A DNA stretch of 64,000 bases from Trueperaceae bacterium (GTDB taxonomy: Bacteria > Deinococcota > Deinococci > Deinococcales > Trueperaceae), in assembly GCA_965215565.1 (NCBI GenBank), contig CBDCDZ010000004.1, positions 1,408,001 through 1,472,000 of the forward strand. The letters are read 5' to 3'. The translations under genes were made by a program, and so were the position numbers. Shown here piece by piece: positions 35,529 through 46,085 of this stretch (positions are counted from its first letter, which is position 1; every line of letters starts with the position of its first letter). A model generated the notes under the pieces. The model saw only the letters and a program-made list of their open reading frames with translations. It searched no databases and was not told the origin of the DNA.

Positions 35529-36716
35529 ATGAATCAACCTTCAGCCCTAACCCGCCGAACCTTCTTGAAACGCACGAGCGCAGGTATGCTCGTCCTCGCG
35601 CTCGGCGGCGGCACCTACCGCGCCGTAGACCAGGGCGTCTTCGCGTCGGGTCGAGGTGAAGCGTACGAGCCCTGGCGCGAGTGGCGCACCCAGCCGGAGC
35701 CGGGACCCTTGCGCCTCGTCCAGTCCGCTGTCCTAGCGGCGAACCCGCACAACACGCAGCCCTGGCTCTTCCGCGTGCGGGAGGGTAGCCTCGAGCTGTT
35801 TGCAGACACCTCGAGACATTTAGGCGCGATGGACCCCTTTTTGCGCGAGATGCACTTAGGGCTCGGCTGCGCGTTGGAAAATATGATGCTGACGGCGCGG
35901 GCAGAGGGGTATGAGGTGGAGTTGAGACTCGAGCCTGGTACGCTCACCAAAGTCACACCCCAAGATTTCATCAAGGTCGCCACGCTCAACCTAACGCCGT
36001 CCGAAGCAGACACTTCACCTCTTTACGCCGCCATTCCAGAGCGGCATACGGACCGCTCGAGCTATTCATCCCAAGAGGTTGAAAGAGAGACGTTAGAAGA
36101 GATGACCACGCTCACTGGGGCGGATACCAAGCTCTTTCTCTTCGAAGAGGGTGCTGCCTTTAACGCTTTTGCAGAAGAAACTGTCAGGGCCACCGAAGCG
36201 ATTGTTGCGGACGCAACGATGTCTCGAGACTCCCACGCCTGGTTCGACAAAAATTGGCAAGAGGTCCAGGGGGACAAAGACGGACCTTTCATCGACACGT
36301 CGGGCGTGTCGCCCTTGTTACGCGCTACCGTCAAGATGTTGCCGCCCACCTCGGACAAGATGCTCGACGACGGTTGGCTTTCCGGCACAAAAGCAACCCT
36401 AGCCTCAACCCCCGTGCTCGGTCTGCTCGCCGTGCGGGACCTCTACGACAAGCCGCAGACGCTCCAAGCGGGGCACGTGTGGCAGCGGCTTCACTTATGG
36501 ATGGCGGCGAACGGGCTCGCAGCACAACCCGTGAATCAGATGCTCGAGATCGTAGACCGTGAGCGCCAGTTGGGGCAGAGCGCGCAGATGGCAAGCGTGC
36601 TCGACGAACTCACAGGCGACGCCTCTTGGCGTCCCACCTTCGCGTTCCGCCTGGGCTATCCGAATACGGACGTACTGCCGAGTGCCCGCCGCTCCGTAAG
36701 CGAAGTTCTCATCTGA
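35529..36716 (+). CDS. Tat-exported Acg-family FMN-binding nitroreductase-like protein
   Basis: TRRTFLK twin-arginine; AANPHNTQPW, LGCALEN, RHTDR, FRLGY. Confidence 0.88.
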   Translation: MNQPSALTRRTFLKRTSAGMLVLALGGGTYRAVDQGVFASGRGEAYEPWREWRTQPEPGPLRLVQSAVLAANPHNTQPWLFRVREGSLELFADTSRHLGAMDPFLREMHLGLGCALENMMLTARAEGYEVELRLEPGTLTKVTPQDFIKVATLNLTPSEADTSPLYAAIPERHTDRSSYSSQEVERETLEEMTTLTGADTKLFLFEEGAAFNAFAEETVRATEAIVADATMSRDSHAWFDKNWQEVQGDKDGPFIDTSGVSPLLRATVKMLPPTSDKMLDDGWLSGTKATLASTPVLGLLAVRDLYDKPQTLQAGHVWQRLHLWMAANGLAAQPVNQMLEIVDRERQLGQSAQMASVLDELTGDASWRPTFAFRLGYPNTDVLPSARRSVSEVLI

Positions 36717-36730
36717 AGAGGTCCCGCAGT

Positions 36731-37005
36731 TCAGCCGCTCGGCGCGCCTCGCAGTATCCAGCCGTTGCCGTCCGGGTCGCTGAAGCTCGCAAAGGTGCCG
36801 CTCGGCTCGAGCCAGAACCGCACCACCGTCTTCTCGAGCGGTCCGCCGCGCCACGTGTACGCCAGGTGATGCGGTCTCTATGCCGCAATGACCTCTCCAA
36901 TCACGACGCCGTCAAAGCCGGGCGCGGGCTTCGTCTTGAAGGTGAAGCGCTTGCCGACGATGGGCCCAAAGTCAGTTTCCATGAGCCACTGTGACAGGGC
37001 GGCGG
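36731..37005 (-). pseudogene. SRPBCC/AHSA1 fragment with in-frame stop fused to a VOC C-terminal fragment
   Basis: Manual translation AALSQWLMETDFGPIVGKRFTF..GFDGVVIGEVIAA*RPHHLAYTWRGG..VRFWLEPSG/TFASFSDPDGNGWIL; TAG at 36880-36878. Confidence 0.7.
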
Positions 37006-37186
37006 TACCCAACTACGAAGGGGACGGCTTGCGCCATCCCCAATTCGTTCCGGTGCTGCCGCTCGACCTCTTCGAATTTCGCCCCATCGCCTCGCCAAAC
37101 GTCTGCGGCGAGCTTTCAGACGGACTGACCTCTTAGGTGTAGAGCGGTGGCTGCGTCCATAAGGCAGCACTATCTCTTCCCAGACG

Positions 37187-38239
37187 CTATCTGCGCAGCC
37201 CCCGCAGCATCATCGCAACCTTGCTGCTCTGCAGGACTTGCTCGAGCGTCGCGCTCTGCCCCTCTGCAAAGGTCAGGGTGACGTTCTCACCGGGGACGCC
37301 GTTTCCGTTCGCGTCGTCTAACGTCCCCGCGAAGCTCACGGCTAACGCGCCGTCGATGCGCAGCGCGCCGTCACTCAGCGCGGCGCTTTCACTCTCCAAG
37401 TCGATGCTGTCTACGTCCACGCTAAAGGCGAAACTGCCCGCGCCCAAGCTCAGGCTCAGGTCTACATTGCCGCTCGTGGGCACGTAGCCGCTGGTGAAGC
37501 AGTTCTCCCGCTCGCGCTCACCCGCTACGCTGAGCGTCCACTCGAGCGTGACGCCCTCCTGCGCCTTGAGCGTGACTTTGCCCTGCGTCGTCACGGTGTC
37601 CCCGCCGTCTTCCGAGACGCTATACCCGACGTTCTCCAAGCTCAGGAGGCTGCCCGCGCCGTTCACGCTCAGGCTGGTGGGCTCGGCGATACCGGCGGCG
37701 GTACCGCATCCATCCGCGCTGTAGTAGGTGAGCGCGAAATCTACGTCGGCAACCTTTTGGTCTGCCGCGCTTAGCGTGACGTTAAAGGCGCTCGGAGCCT
37801 CGAGGGTCTCCCCTGCCGGACCCGCTACGTCGAGGGTCTCACTGAGCACGTCCCAGTCGACCGTGAGCGTCGCTTTGGCGCTGCCGTCTATAGCCTCGTA
37901 GCGCCAGGTGAGGATGAGGTCATCGGCGTCTGCGCTACGCTGCCAGGCGTCCGAGGCTTCGTCGTAGACGTAGGAGCCGCGCGGCAAGCGCGCGTCTCCC
38001 TCCGCGCGCTCAAAAGGAGACGCGGCGTGGCTGGGGAAGCTCTGCAGGGCAACGCTGCTCGGGTCCCCACTCACCGAGAAAACCGTGCTGACGAGTTCTC
38101 TGCCGAGATCACCGAGCGCCGCGTCCGTCTCCGCCTCGCTGAGCTGCGCGGCGCTCGGCGCTGTGTCTACTGTGCCACCGCTACACGCGGCGAGCAGACC
38201 GACGAGCAGGGCGGAAATTAAAGTGCATTTTAGGTTCAT
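37187..38239 (-). CDS. Hypothetical lipoprotein
   Basis: LAAC lipobox, beta-rich acidic body, GGAG RBS. Confidence 0.8.
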   Translation of the reverse strand: MNLKCTLISALLVGLLAACSGGTVDTAPSAAQLSEAETDAALGDLGRELVSTVFSVSGDPSSVALQSFPSHAASPFERAEGDARLPRGSYVYDEASDAWQRSADADDLILTWRYEAIDGSAKATLTVDWDVLSETLDVAGPAGETLEAPSAFNVTLSAADQKVADVDFALTYYSADGCGTAAGIAEPTSLSVNGAGSLLSLENVGYSVSEDGGDTVTTQGKVTLKAQEGVTLEWTLSVAGERERENCFTSGYVPTSGNVDLSLSLGAGSFAFSVDVDSIDLESESAALSDGALRIDGALAVSFAGTLDDANGNGVPGENVTLTFAEGQSATLEQVLQSSKVAMMLRGLRR

Positions 38240-38483
38240 TTAGAACTCCTTTCGGATGGTTAGGCTGTGCGAATGACGCTGAGTACTGCTTAATACAGTA
38301 TCGGGCAGGGCAGCGCTGATGTCAGTACGGGGTGCACACTTGAGGGCGCACGTTTCGGTGGTGAATGGACCCTAGCAGGATAAGGTTAAGGGAAACCGGG
38401 ATAAGGAGGGTGAGCGCTTCATAAAGCTTAGGCGCGACGAGACAATCACCGAAAGAAAGTAGCGCGCGTCGTCTTACCCGCTC

Positions 38484-39743
38484 CTATTCGAAGCGGTAAC
38501 TTTTAGGCACGACTACCACGCCGCGCTCGGTGACGGTGAAGCCCCTCGCCCTGTCGTCGTCCAAGTTGACGCCTATCTGCGTGCCCTCGGGGACGGTGAC
38601 ATTTTTATCCACGATGGCGTTCTTTACGGTGCAGCGCCGCCCTATCGTCGAGCTGTCCAAGACGACGGAGCGCTCTACGGTGCTGTACGAGTTGACCCTC
38701 GAGCGCCGCGCGAAGATGGACTCGCGCACCGTTGCGCCCGAGACGATCACACCCCCCGCGAGCATCGAGTTGAACGCCTGCCCGCGCCTGTCGTCCGTGT
38801 CGTGGACGAATTTGGCGGGCGGCGAAAACTCCGAAGAGGTCCGCAGGGGCCACTCGGTATTGTAGAGGTCAAATTCGGGCTGCACCGCGACTAAGTCCAT
38901 GTTCGCTTCCCAATACGAGTCGATGGTGCCCACGTCGCGCCAATAGGTGTTCTGCGCCGCCTGACCGGGGATGGGGTTCTGCGCGAAGTCGTACGCCATA
39001 ATGTTGTAGCCCTGCTCCAGCGCCAGCGGCATCACGCTCTTGCCAAAGTCGTGCGGAGAGCCCTCCTCAGCGGCGTCTTTTGTTAAGAGTTCGGTGAGTG
39101 CTTTCTGCGAGAAGATGTAGTTTCCCATCGAGGCGAGCGCGTGGGTGTCGCGTCCTGGAATCGGATTGGGGTTCTCAGGCTTCTCCTGAAACTCGGTGAT
39201 GCGAAAGTCGTCATCGACTTGCAACACGCCGAAGCGCGTGGCGTCCTCGACGAGCGTCGGGTACGCCGCGATGGTCACGTCCGCGCCTGTCTCCTGGTGC
39301 TGCTCGATCATGTGGCGAATGTCCATCTTGTAGATGTGGTCGCCGCTAAAAATCGCCACCAAGTCGGCGTGGTTGTTGTCGATGAGGTGCAGGTTCTGGT
39401 AGATGGCGTCCGCTGTGCCCCGGTACCACTCCTCGCCGATCTCCTCGTAGCGGTACATCTGCGCGGGCGCTAACGTGATGAAGTAGTCGCTCAAAAAGCT
39501 TCCGAAGCGCCAGTTGCGCTGGATGTGCTCGGTCAAGGACTGCGCCTTGAACTGCGTCATGACGTACATGCCGTAAATCTGCGAATTGATCATGTTATTC
39601 AGCGCAAAGTCGATGATGCGGTACTTGCTGCCGAAGGGCACGGCGGGCTTCGTGCGCTTCGCGGTCAAAGGACCGAGCCGGGTGCCCTTGCCGCCCGCTA
39701 AGACCATGCCTAAGACTTTTGCGTTCTGAGCCGAATGATTCAT
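38484..39743 (-). CDS. glgC: Glucose-1-phosphate adenylyltransferase
   Basis: [50 protein letters not shown]. Confidence 0.97.
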   Translation of the reverse strand: MNHSAQNAKVLGMVLAGGKGTRLGPLTAKRTKPAVPFGSKYRIIDFALNNMINSQIYGMYVMTQFKAQSLTEHIQRNWRFGSFLSDYFITLAPAQMYRYEEIGEEWYRGTADAIYQNLHLIDNNHADLVAIFSGDHIYKMDIRHMIEQHQETGADVTIAAYPTLVEDATRFGVLQVDDDFRITEFQEKPENPNPIPGRDTHALASMGNYIFSQKALTELLTKDAAEEGSPHDFGKSVMPLALEQGYNIMAYDFAQNPIPGQAAQNTYWRDVGTIDSYWEANMDLVAVQPEFDLYNTEWPLRTSSEFSPPAKFVHDTDDRRGQAFNSMLAGGVIVSGATVRESIFARRSRVNSYSTVERSVVLDSSTIGRRCTVKNAIVDKNVTVPEGTQIGVNLDDDRARGFTVTERGVVVVPKSYRFE

Positions 39744-39953
39744 ATACTCACCCTCTCTAGGTGTCGGGTCTCGTTTAGGGGCATTCTAGCGCAGCGTAGG
39801 GAAAAGGAAAGCGGCTCAGCGCCTTTGTATTCGCTTCGCGGTAGTGGTTGGAATGCTCACTGAGTATGAACGAGGGGTTGCACAGGCGCAGGGCCTCGTC
39901 GCAACGTAAGAAGCAGTCCACATGAAACGCTCTTAGACACGTAAAATAAAGAG

Positions 39954-40466
39954 GTGGAGCATCTACTTGAATATCAGGACTACGTGTTAGCCTACCGCTT
40001 GCGCGCGCTCGTAGGCGGAAGATCGCGTCCCTTAAAGGGATATTTGTCGCTGAACGAGTACGCCAAAAGGAGGCTCGAGCGTCAGGCTCTTGCCAAAGCG
40101 GTTCTAGGCGCACCCGACTACCGCGCCTCGCTGCGCCAAGTCGAGGCGCTGACCGAAGAGATCAACTTCGGCTTTTGGCACAACCCCGGCGAGAGCGTGG
40201 ACTTCCTCAAAAAGATGATCGAGCAGGGGGGCTGCCGCGCGCTGGAGTCGGACGAGCACTTTATCGAAGAACTCTTGACCCCACGTGAGCGCGGTGAGTT
40301 GAGCGAAGGCGAGCGCCGCCTCGTCGCAACCTATTACTTAGGGCTACTCCGCGCCTCCGCTGCCTACCTCGACGCCGAGGTCTTTACGCGCTTACGCAGT
40401 GAGGTGGAGCCGCTGCGCGACAAGATGCCCGTGTTCGTGTTGACCTCGGACGTTCCTCTGGCGTAG
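39954..40466 (+). CDS. Hypothetical protein
   Basis: Clean ORF with host-like codon usage filling the glgC-moeA gap. Confidence 0.75.
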   Translation: MEHLLEYQDYVLAYRLRALVGGRSRPLKGYLSLNEYAKRRLERQALAKAVLGAPDYRASLRQVEALTEEINFGFWHNPGESVDFLKKMIEQGGCRALESDEHFIEELLTPRERGELSEGERRLVATYYLGLLRASAAYLDAEVFTRLRSEVEPLRDKMPVFVLTSDVPLA

Positions 40467-40509
40467 AGGTTGCCACGTTTTGAACATAGGGACAATTTAT
40501 GAATTACCC

Positions 40510-41751
40510 CTATATGTTTAGGGGAATGACCTCGAGCCTATCCCCCGCCCCAACCTCTTGATTGGATGGCACTATAACAAGCACATCTGCGTTTAACATC
40601 GAGGTCAGCACGCCCGAACTCTGACTTCCGGTGCTGTGCGCGAGGTAGCCTCTTTCATCATCGAACCTCAGCGCGGCACGGTTGAGCGTAACTTTACGGT
40701 TTGTGCCTTTGAAGGTCGTGGCGGCGGTAGCGGTAATTCGCTTGTGAAAGAGCGGCTGTTCATTAGAGCCTAGCGCCGTATCGAGCCAAACTTTGGTGAG
40801 AAGGTAAAAGACTACCATGCTCGAGACCGGATTCCCCGGTAGCCCAAAAACCGGCAAGCCGCGCCACTCCCCGAACATCGCGGGTCCCCCCGGTTTCATC
40901 GCCACTTTCCAGAAGTGCACCGTCCCCTCGTCGAAGAGCAAGTCGCGTACGAAGTCGTACTTGCCCATCGAGACGCCGCCCGAGGTGATGAGGAGGTCCA
41001 CGCCGCCTAGAGCCTCCAACGCGCCCTTGAGCTTTTCGGGATTGTCCTCGACTTTTGGAAGCATGACAGGAACGCAACTTGACTGTTTAATTAGGCTCGC
41101 CACCGCGTAAGCGTTCGAGTTGTAGACCTGCCCATCCCGAATCGGCTCACCGGGGTCAATAACCTCATCACCTGTGGCTAAGATGCCAACCCTGGGCTTC
41201 TTTGTTACGTTGAGGACCGGATAGCCCATCGAAGCCGCGACGCCGACAGACGCAGGGGTAAGCCGCGTCCCTTTCCGCAAGTAGACCTCACCTTTTTTCA
41301 AGTCTTGCGCTCTCGGGCGAATATCACTCTTACTCGCAGGTTTGTTGAGCCAGACCTCTTCACCTCTTTGCCCTGAGTGTTGTTTCGTATGCTCCACCCC
41401 GATAATCGCGTTCGCCCCGCTCGGTACAGGCGCGCCCGTGTAGATGCCTACCGCTTCGCCCGCGCCGACCTCTCCCTCGTAAACGCTGCCCGCCGGAATA
41501 TCACCGACAAGCTTGAGCGTAGCGAGACTCTCTGCAGTCGCCCCTAACGTATCCTCTTCGCGGCAAGCGTAGCCGTCTAAAGCGGAGTTGTCGCAGCTCG
41601 GGTGGTCCACTTGGCTCGTCAAGTCTTCGGCGAGCGTACGCCCGAGTGCATTTAAGAGGTCAACCTCTTCGGTCTCCAAAGGTTTAGCGTTCGCTCTTAA
41701 AATATCTAGCGCCTCATCTACGCTAATTTGAGTTTTGTAGTTTTGGCTCAT
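40510..41751 (-). CDS. moeA: Molybdopterin molybdotransferase
   Basis: SALDGYA, IYTGAPVP.GA, TGDEV, SGGVSMG..D, GLPGNPVS. Confidence 0.96.
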   Translation of the reverse strand: MSQNYKTQISVDEALDILRANAKPLETEEVDLLNALGRTLAEDLTSQVDHPSCDNSALDGYACREEDTLGATAESLATLKLVGDIPAGSVYEGEVGAGEAVGIYTGAPVPSGANAIIGVEHTKQHSGQRGEEVWLNKPASKSDIRPRAQDLKKGEVYLRKGTRLTPASVGVAASMGYPVLNVTKKPRVGILATGDEVIDPGEPIRDGQVYNSNAYAVASLIKQSSCVPVMLPKVEDNPEKLKGALEALGGVDLLITSGGVSMGKYDFVRDLLFDEGTVHFWKVAMKPGGPAMFGEWRGLPVFGLPGNPVSSMVVFYLLTKVWLDTALGSNEQPLFHKRITATAATTFKGTNRKVTLNRAALRFDDERGYLAHSTGSQSSGVLTSMLNADVLVIVPSNQEVGAGDRLEVIPLNI

Positions 41752-41836
41752 GAGGTTACTTTAGCAGTCCTGGGGAGGCGTGCTAGACTCGAGGCTGCGT
41801 CACGTAAATTTTTCACACGAGGAAAGAGGTCTAGTC

Positions 41837-43111
41837 ATGACAACCAGCGCGAGCTATCAAAAAGTCGACGTTCCCGAGGGCGATAAGATTACGCTCAAAA
41901 ACGGCGAACTGCAGGTCTCCAACAAACCGATCATCGCCTTTATCGAAGGCGACGGCACCGGACCCGACATCTGGCGAGCCTCGAAGCGCGTTTTCGACGC
42001 CGCGGTCGAAAACGCCTACGGCGGCGAGCGCGAAATCGCCTGGATGGAGGTCTACGCGGGCGACAAGGCGAACGACGTGTACGGCGAGACCTTGTGGCTG
42101 CCCGAAGAGACCGTGGACGTGCTCAATGAGTACCTCGTCGCCATCAAAGGACCTCTCACCACGCCCGTCGGCGGCGGCATCCGCTCCATCAACGTGGCGA
42201 TTCGCCAGCGCCTAGACCTCTACGCCTGCGTGCGCCCCGTGCAGTACTTCGACGGCGTCCCGAGCCCGATGAAAAAGCCCGAAGAAGTCAACATGACGAT
42301 CTTCCGCGAGAACACCGAGGACATCTACGCGGGCATCGAGTACAAAGAGGGCTCGGATGAGGTGAAAACGTTTTTGAACCTCTTGGAGGAGAACTTCTCC
42401 GAGTCGTATGGCAAGATTCGCTTTCCAGACTCGAGCGGCATCGGCATCAAACCCGTCTCGAAAGAGGGCACGGCGCGTTTGGTGAGAGGTGCCATCAACT
42501 ACGCCATCGACAACGATTTGCCCACCGTCACGCTCGTCCATAAAGGCAACATCATGAAGTTCACCGAGGGTGCCTTCCGCGATTGGGGCTACGCGGTGGC
42601 CAAAGAGGAGTTCGGCGCAACCGAACTCGACGGCGGACCCTGGCTCACCTTCCAAAATCCGAATACGGGCACCGAAATCACGGTCAAAGATGTGATCGCC
42701 GACGCGATGCTCCAGCAGATCATCCTGCGCCCCGCCGAGTACAACTGCATCGCCACCTTAAACCTCAACGGCGACTACATCTCGGACGCCTTAGCCGCGC
42801 AAGTCGGCGGCATCGGCATCGCGCCGGGCGCGAACATCAACTACGACTCAGGTCACGCCGTCTTCGAGGCGACGCACGGCACCGCGCCCAAATACGCCGA
42901 CCAAGACAAGGTCAACCCCTCGTCCGTCATCCTCTCCGGCGAGATGATGCTGCGGCACCTCGGTTGGAACGAAGCCGCTGAGCTAATCACCCAAGCAATG
43001 GGCAAAACGATTGCCCAAAAGCGCGTGACCTACGACTTCGAGCGGCAGATGGAGGGAGCAGAACTCCTCAAGACGAGTGAGTTTGGGGATGCGTTGATTG
43101 AAAATATGTAG
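41837..43111 (+). CDS. icd: NADP-dependent isocitrate dehydrogenase
   Basis: [55 protein letters not shown]; likely ATG 41837. Confidence 0.97.
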   Translation: MTTSASYQKVDVPEGDKITLKNGELQVSNKPIIAFIEGDGTGPDIWRASKRVFDAAVENAYGGEREIAWMEVYAGDKANDVYGETLWLPEETVDVLNEYLVAIKGPLTTPVGGGIRSINVAIRQRLDLYACVRPVQYFDGVPSPMKKPEEVNMTIFRENTEDIYAGIEYKEGSDEVKTFLNLLEENFSESYGKIRFPDSSGIGIKPVSKEGTARLVRGAINYAIDNDLPTVTLVHKGNIMKFTEGAFRDWGYAVAKEEFGATELDGGPWLTFQNPNTGTEITVKDVIADAMLQQIILRPAEYNCIATLNLNGDYISDALAAQVGGIGIAPGANINYDSGHAVFEATHGTAPKYADQDKVNPSSVILSGEMMLRHLGWNEAAELITQAMGKTIAQKRVTYDFERQMEGAELLKTSEFGDALIENM

Positions 43112-43260
43112 GCAAAAAGCAGCAATGAGATGAAAGCAATCCCCTTTCGGGGACGATTACAAAGTTTTCGCGGAGGCGAAACGGTGAGCAATGAGTCTAA
43201 AGATTTTTCACTCATTGCTCGTTGCTCGGTACTCATTGCTGCTTTTGCTATAATTACAGA

Positions 43261-43806
43261 ATGATTCAACCAAAACCCTACCACTTCAGTATCGAGGAGT
43301 ACGAGCAAGTCGCGTGCGCTGGCGTGTGGGATGGTGTACGGGTGGAACTTCTTGATGGCGAGGTCTTTCACATGGCACCCATTGGACCAGAACATAGCCT
43401 TTCGGTTATACAGTTTATTGAGCAGTTAGTTCTTAGGTTCAGCGGACGCGCCGTACTTGCGGCACAAAATCCTCTTCATTTATCCCCTGATGGCGAGCCT
43501 GAACCTGATATTGTGTTACTCAAGCCGCCAAAAGAGCAGTATCAGTCTCGTTTGCCGACAGGGGAAGACGTCTTGCTCCTCATCGAAGTGTCCAAGAGCA
43601 CCCTCGAGTACGACCGCACCAAGAAACTGCCTATCTATGCTAGAGCAACTATTCCCGAAGTGTGGATTCACAACCTTGTGGATAGTCAGTTAGAGGTTTA
43701 CAGAAACCCGCAGAACGAGCGCTACACCTCTTTATCAACGTACGAAGAGGGTCAAGAGGTTGCGCCTTTGGCGTTTGGTAGCGAGTTTATCCAATGGTGG
43801 GCATAA
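43261..43806 (+). CDS. Uma2 family (restriction endonuclease-fold) protein
   Basis: RVELLDG...M.PIGP.H, EPEPD, LLIEVS.STL.YDR..KL..YA..IPEVW. Confidence 0.9.
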   Translation: MIQPKPYHFSIEEYEQVACAGVWDGVRVELLDGEVFHMAPIGPEHSLSVIQFIEQLVLRFSGRAVLAAQNPLHLSPDGEPEPDIVLLKPPKEQYQSRLPTGEDVLLLIEVSKSTLEYDRTKKLPIYARATIPEVWIHNLVDSQLEVYRNPQNERYTSLSTYEEGQEVAPLAFGSEFIQWWA

Positions 43807-43879
43807 AGCAGCGAGTTGAACTCGTCACGACCTCTTAAACTGAGTAAGCGGGCGGCGCTCGAGGTATCCTCTTCTCATC

Positions 43880-44527
43880 ATGAATAAAAGCACGGCTAAA
43901 AAGTCGCCCGCCGTTCTCCTCCTCGCTGTCATTGTTTTCGTCCTAGCCGGGCTCTTTGGCGATGACCTACCTATTCTCAACGAAGTCGCTGAGCTGTTCG
44001 ATGAGTTTTTGGGCGGCGGCCCGAGTGTTACAGGTTTGCAAGGTCCAGCGGAGGTGACGCGCGTATCCGACGGAGACACCATCACGGTGACGCTGGACGG
44101 GCGCGAAGAGAAGGTGCGGCTCACCGGGATTGACACGCCCGAGACCTTCGCGAGTTCCAAACTCGACCGCGACGTAGACCTCTCGCCCCTCAACCGTGAA
44201 GAGATGCGCGCGCTCGGTAAAGAGGCGACGGCGTACGCGGAGGATTTGATGGAGGGGCGAGAGGTCTATTTAGAGCTGGACGCCGAGGAGCGAGACCGCT
44301 ACGGGCGGATGTTGGCGTATGTCTACACCTTGGAGCAGGGCGGCGACTGGACCTTTCAAGATGAGACCTTCGAACAGGTCAACTTAGAGCTGGTCGAGGC
44401 GGGTTGGGCGGACCCCTTGACCATTGCGCCGAACGATAAATACGCCGAGCTATACGTAGACGCGGCGCAAGTCGCGCGGCGGCAGAACCGGGGGATATGG
44501 GCGCAGGGGTGGGTAGCGAGTGAGTAA
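43880..44527 (+). CDS. Thermonuclease (SNase-like) family protein
   Basis: V.DGDTI, VRL.GIDTPE, DRYGR.LAYV, N..LV..G.A. Confidence 0.92.
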   Translation: MNKSTAKKSPAVLLLAVIVFVLAGLFGDDLPILNEVAELFDEFLGGGPSVTGLQGPAEVTRVSDGDTITVTLDGREEKVRLTGIDTPETFASSKLDRDVDLSPLNREEMRALGKEATAYAEDLMEGREVYLELDAEERDRYGRMLAYVYTLEQGGDWTFQDETFEQVNLELVEAGWADPLTIAPNDKYAELYVDAAQVARRQNRGIWAQGWVASE

Positions 44528-44529
44528 GG

Positions 44530-45033
44530 TCAGTTGATCCGCCCAAAGAGCCACACCAACAGCCAGACGACGAGCACGACGCCTCCCCCTACAACCGCTA
44601 ACGCGCCAAGCAAAAGAAAGATAGGACCTTTGTTCGAAGGCCTCTCGAACACCACCTCATCTGAGGGTCCCAAGTGCTGCTCTAAGAGGTAGAGGTTCCT
44701 CACGTTGGACTTCCAGGTGGCGTCGAAGAGGTCACCGATGAGCGGGACGCTCCCGGCCAACGTTTCTAAACCGATGTTAAAAACCATCCGTGTTAAGGTG
44801 CTTCTCGGCGCACCGAGGCGGTACGCCTGGTAGACGATGTAGCCCGATGGCACGAGCATAACCATATCGCCGATGCCCGGAATAAGTCCGATGATAGCGT
44901 CCCAGCCAACGCGGTAGCCCACGCCCGGAATCTCGAAGGCGTTGTCGAGCGTATGTGTCAGGCTGCGAAGCTGCTTTAAGGTCTCGAGCTTCTCTCTATT
45001 TTTAGCTGAACGTGCCGCCGTATCTTTAGGCAT
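44530..45033 (-). CDS. DUF4112 protein
   Basis: LD..F.IPG..R.G.D.IIGLIPG.GD, GSVPLIGDLFD..WKSN.RN. Confidence 0.88.
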   Translation of the reverse strand: MPKDTAARSAKNREKLETLKQLRSLTHTLDNAFEIPGVGYRVGWDAIIGLIPGIGDMVMLVPSGYIVYQAYRLGAPRSTLTRMVFNIGLETLAGSVPLIGDLFDATWKSNVRNLYLLEQHLGPSDEVVFERPSNKGPIFLLLGALAVVGGGVVLVVWLLVWLFGRIN

Positions 45034-45198
45034 GAGTTATCCGTATCCGCGAAGCTTCTAGCGGTTAGCTAAACCTTTAAGCTAACCGCTAAATTTAGTA
45101 GTGGCTCTACATGGAATGACACTGGCGTCAAAGCAAGGGGTTGAAACCCCTTGTTCATCGCACGACGACATTGGACCCGGAACCACTACCCCTGAATC

Positions 45199-45615
45199 TT
45201 ACGTCGCCGAATACGACGCGAAGTGCCGCTCGACGATCTTCATATTGCGCTTGTTCGACTTCCAGAAGAGGTCAAAAATATCGCCGATCAGAGGAATGCT
45301 GCCGACTAAAACATCTACAAGTGAGTTGAAAACCATCCTCGAGACCTTCTCACGTGGCACGCCCATGTTGTACGCCTTGAAGATGATGTAGCTCGAAATG
45401 GCAAAGCCGCTAAAGTCACCGATCACGGGCACGAGCCCTAAAAGTCCATCCAAACCGACGCGGTAATTGATGATGGGAATTTTGACCGCCTCATCTAAAA
45501 GATTTGCCAAGCGGCGCATCTCGTTCAGGTCACGCTGAAAGGACTTGTTTCTGCCATACTCGTAGCGCCCGTAGTTGCTGCCGTAGTCGTAGTCGCTATT
45601 GTTGTAGTCGCTCAT
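45199..45615 (-). CDS. DUF4112 protein (tandem paralogue)
   Basis: GLDGLLGLVPVIGD, GSIPLIGDIFD.FWKSNKRN; ATG 45615 overlaps the upstream stop. Confidence 0.85.
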   Translation of the reverse strand: MSDYNNSDYDYGSNYGRYEYGRNKSFQRDLNEMRRLANLLDEAVKIPIINYRVGLDGLLGLVPVIGDFSGFAISSYIIFKAYNMGVPREKVSRMVFNSLVDVLVGSIPLIGDIFDLFWKSNKRNMKIVERHFASYSAT

Positions 45616-46085
45616 ACTCGTTTTCCCCCTCGTCCGTCCCACCCTGCATAGGTGTAGAATCTCCCTGTTTTACCATCTCGCAGGTAGTTTGCAAGTGGCT
45701 CACGTAGCGGCGGGATAGGAATCAGGGTCTCTACCTCTTCCACCGGAAAGAACCGCGCCTCGACGATAAAGCCGTCGGGGTCGCGCGGATTCAGAAGCCC
45801 GTCGTACGCCGCGACAAACGCGAACGAGATGGCCCTGTCGTTGCGCCGCACGTCCTCGACGTGAACCGAGTACGCTAAGTGTTCTATGTGCGTGACCCTG
45901 AGCCCCGTCTCCTCCATCACCTCTCTGGAAAGCGCGTCGATGGTGGACTCGCCGCGCTCCACCACGCCGCCCGGCAAGGTGTAGCGCACGTGACCGTAAC
46001 CCTGCCAGTCGTTGCCGACCAAAAGCACCCGACCCTGCGCGTCGAGCAAAATTGCGGCGGCAACGACGAACTCACGCCGCGCCAC
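45612..46085 (-). CDS. NUDIX hydrolase
   Basis: PGG.VERGES..DALSREVMEETG Nudix box. Confidence 0.9.
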   Translation of the reverse strand: MARREFVVAAAILLDAQGRVLLVGNDWQGYGHVRYTLPGGVVERGESTIDALSREVMEETGLRVTHIEHLAYSVHVEDVRRNDRAISFAFVAAYDGLLNPRDPDGFIVEARFFPVEEVETLIPIPPLREPLANYLRDGKTGRFYTYAGWDGRGGKRV

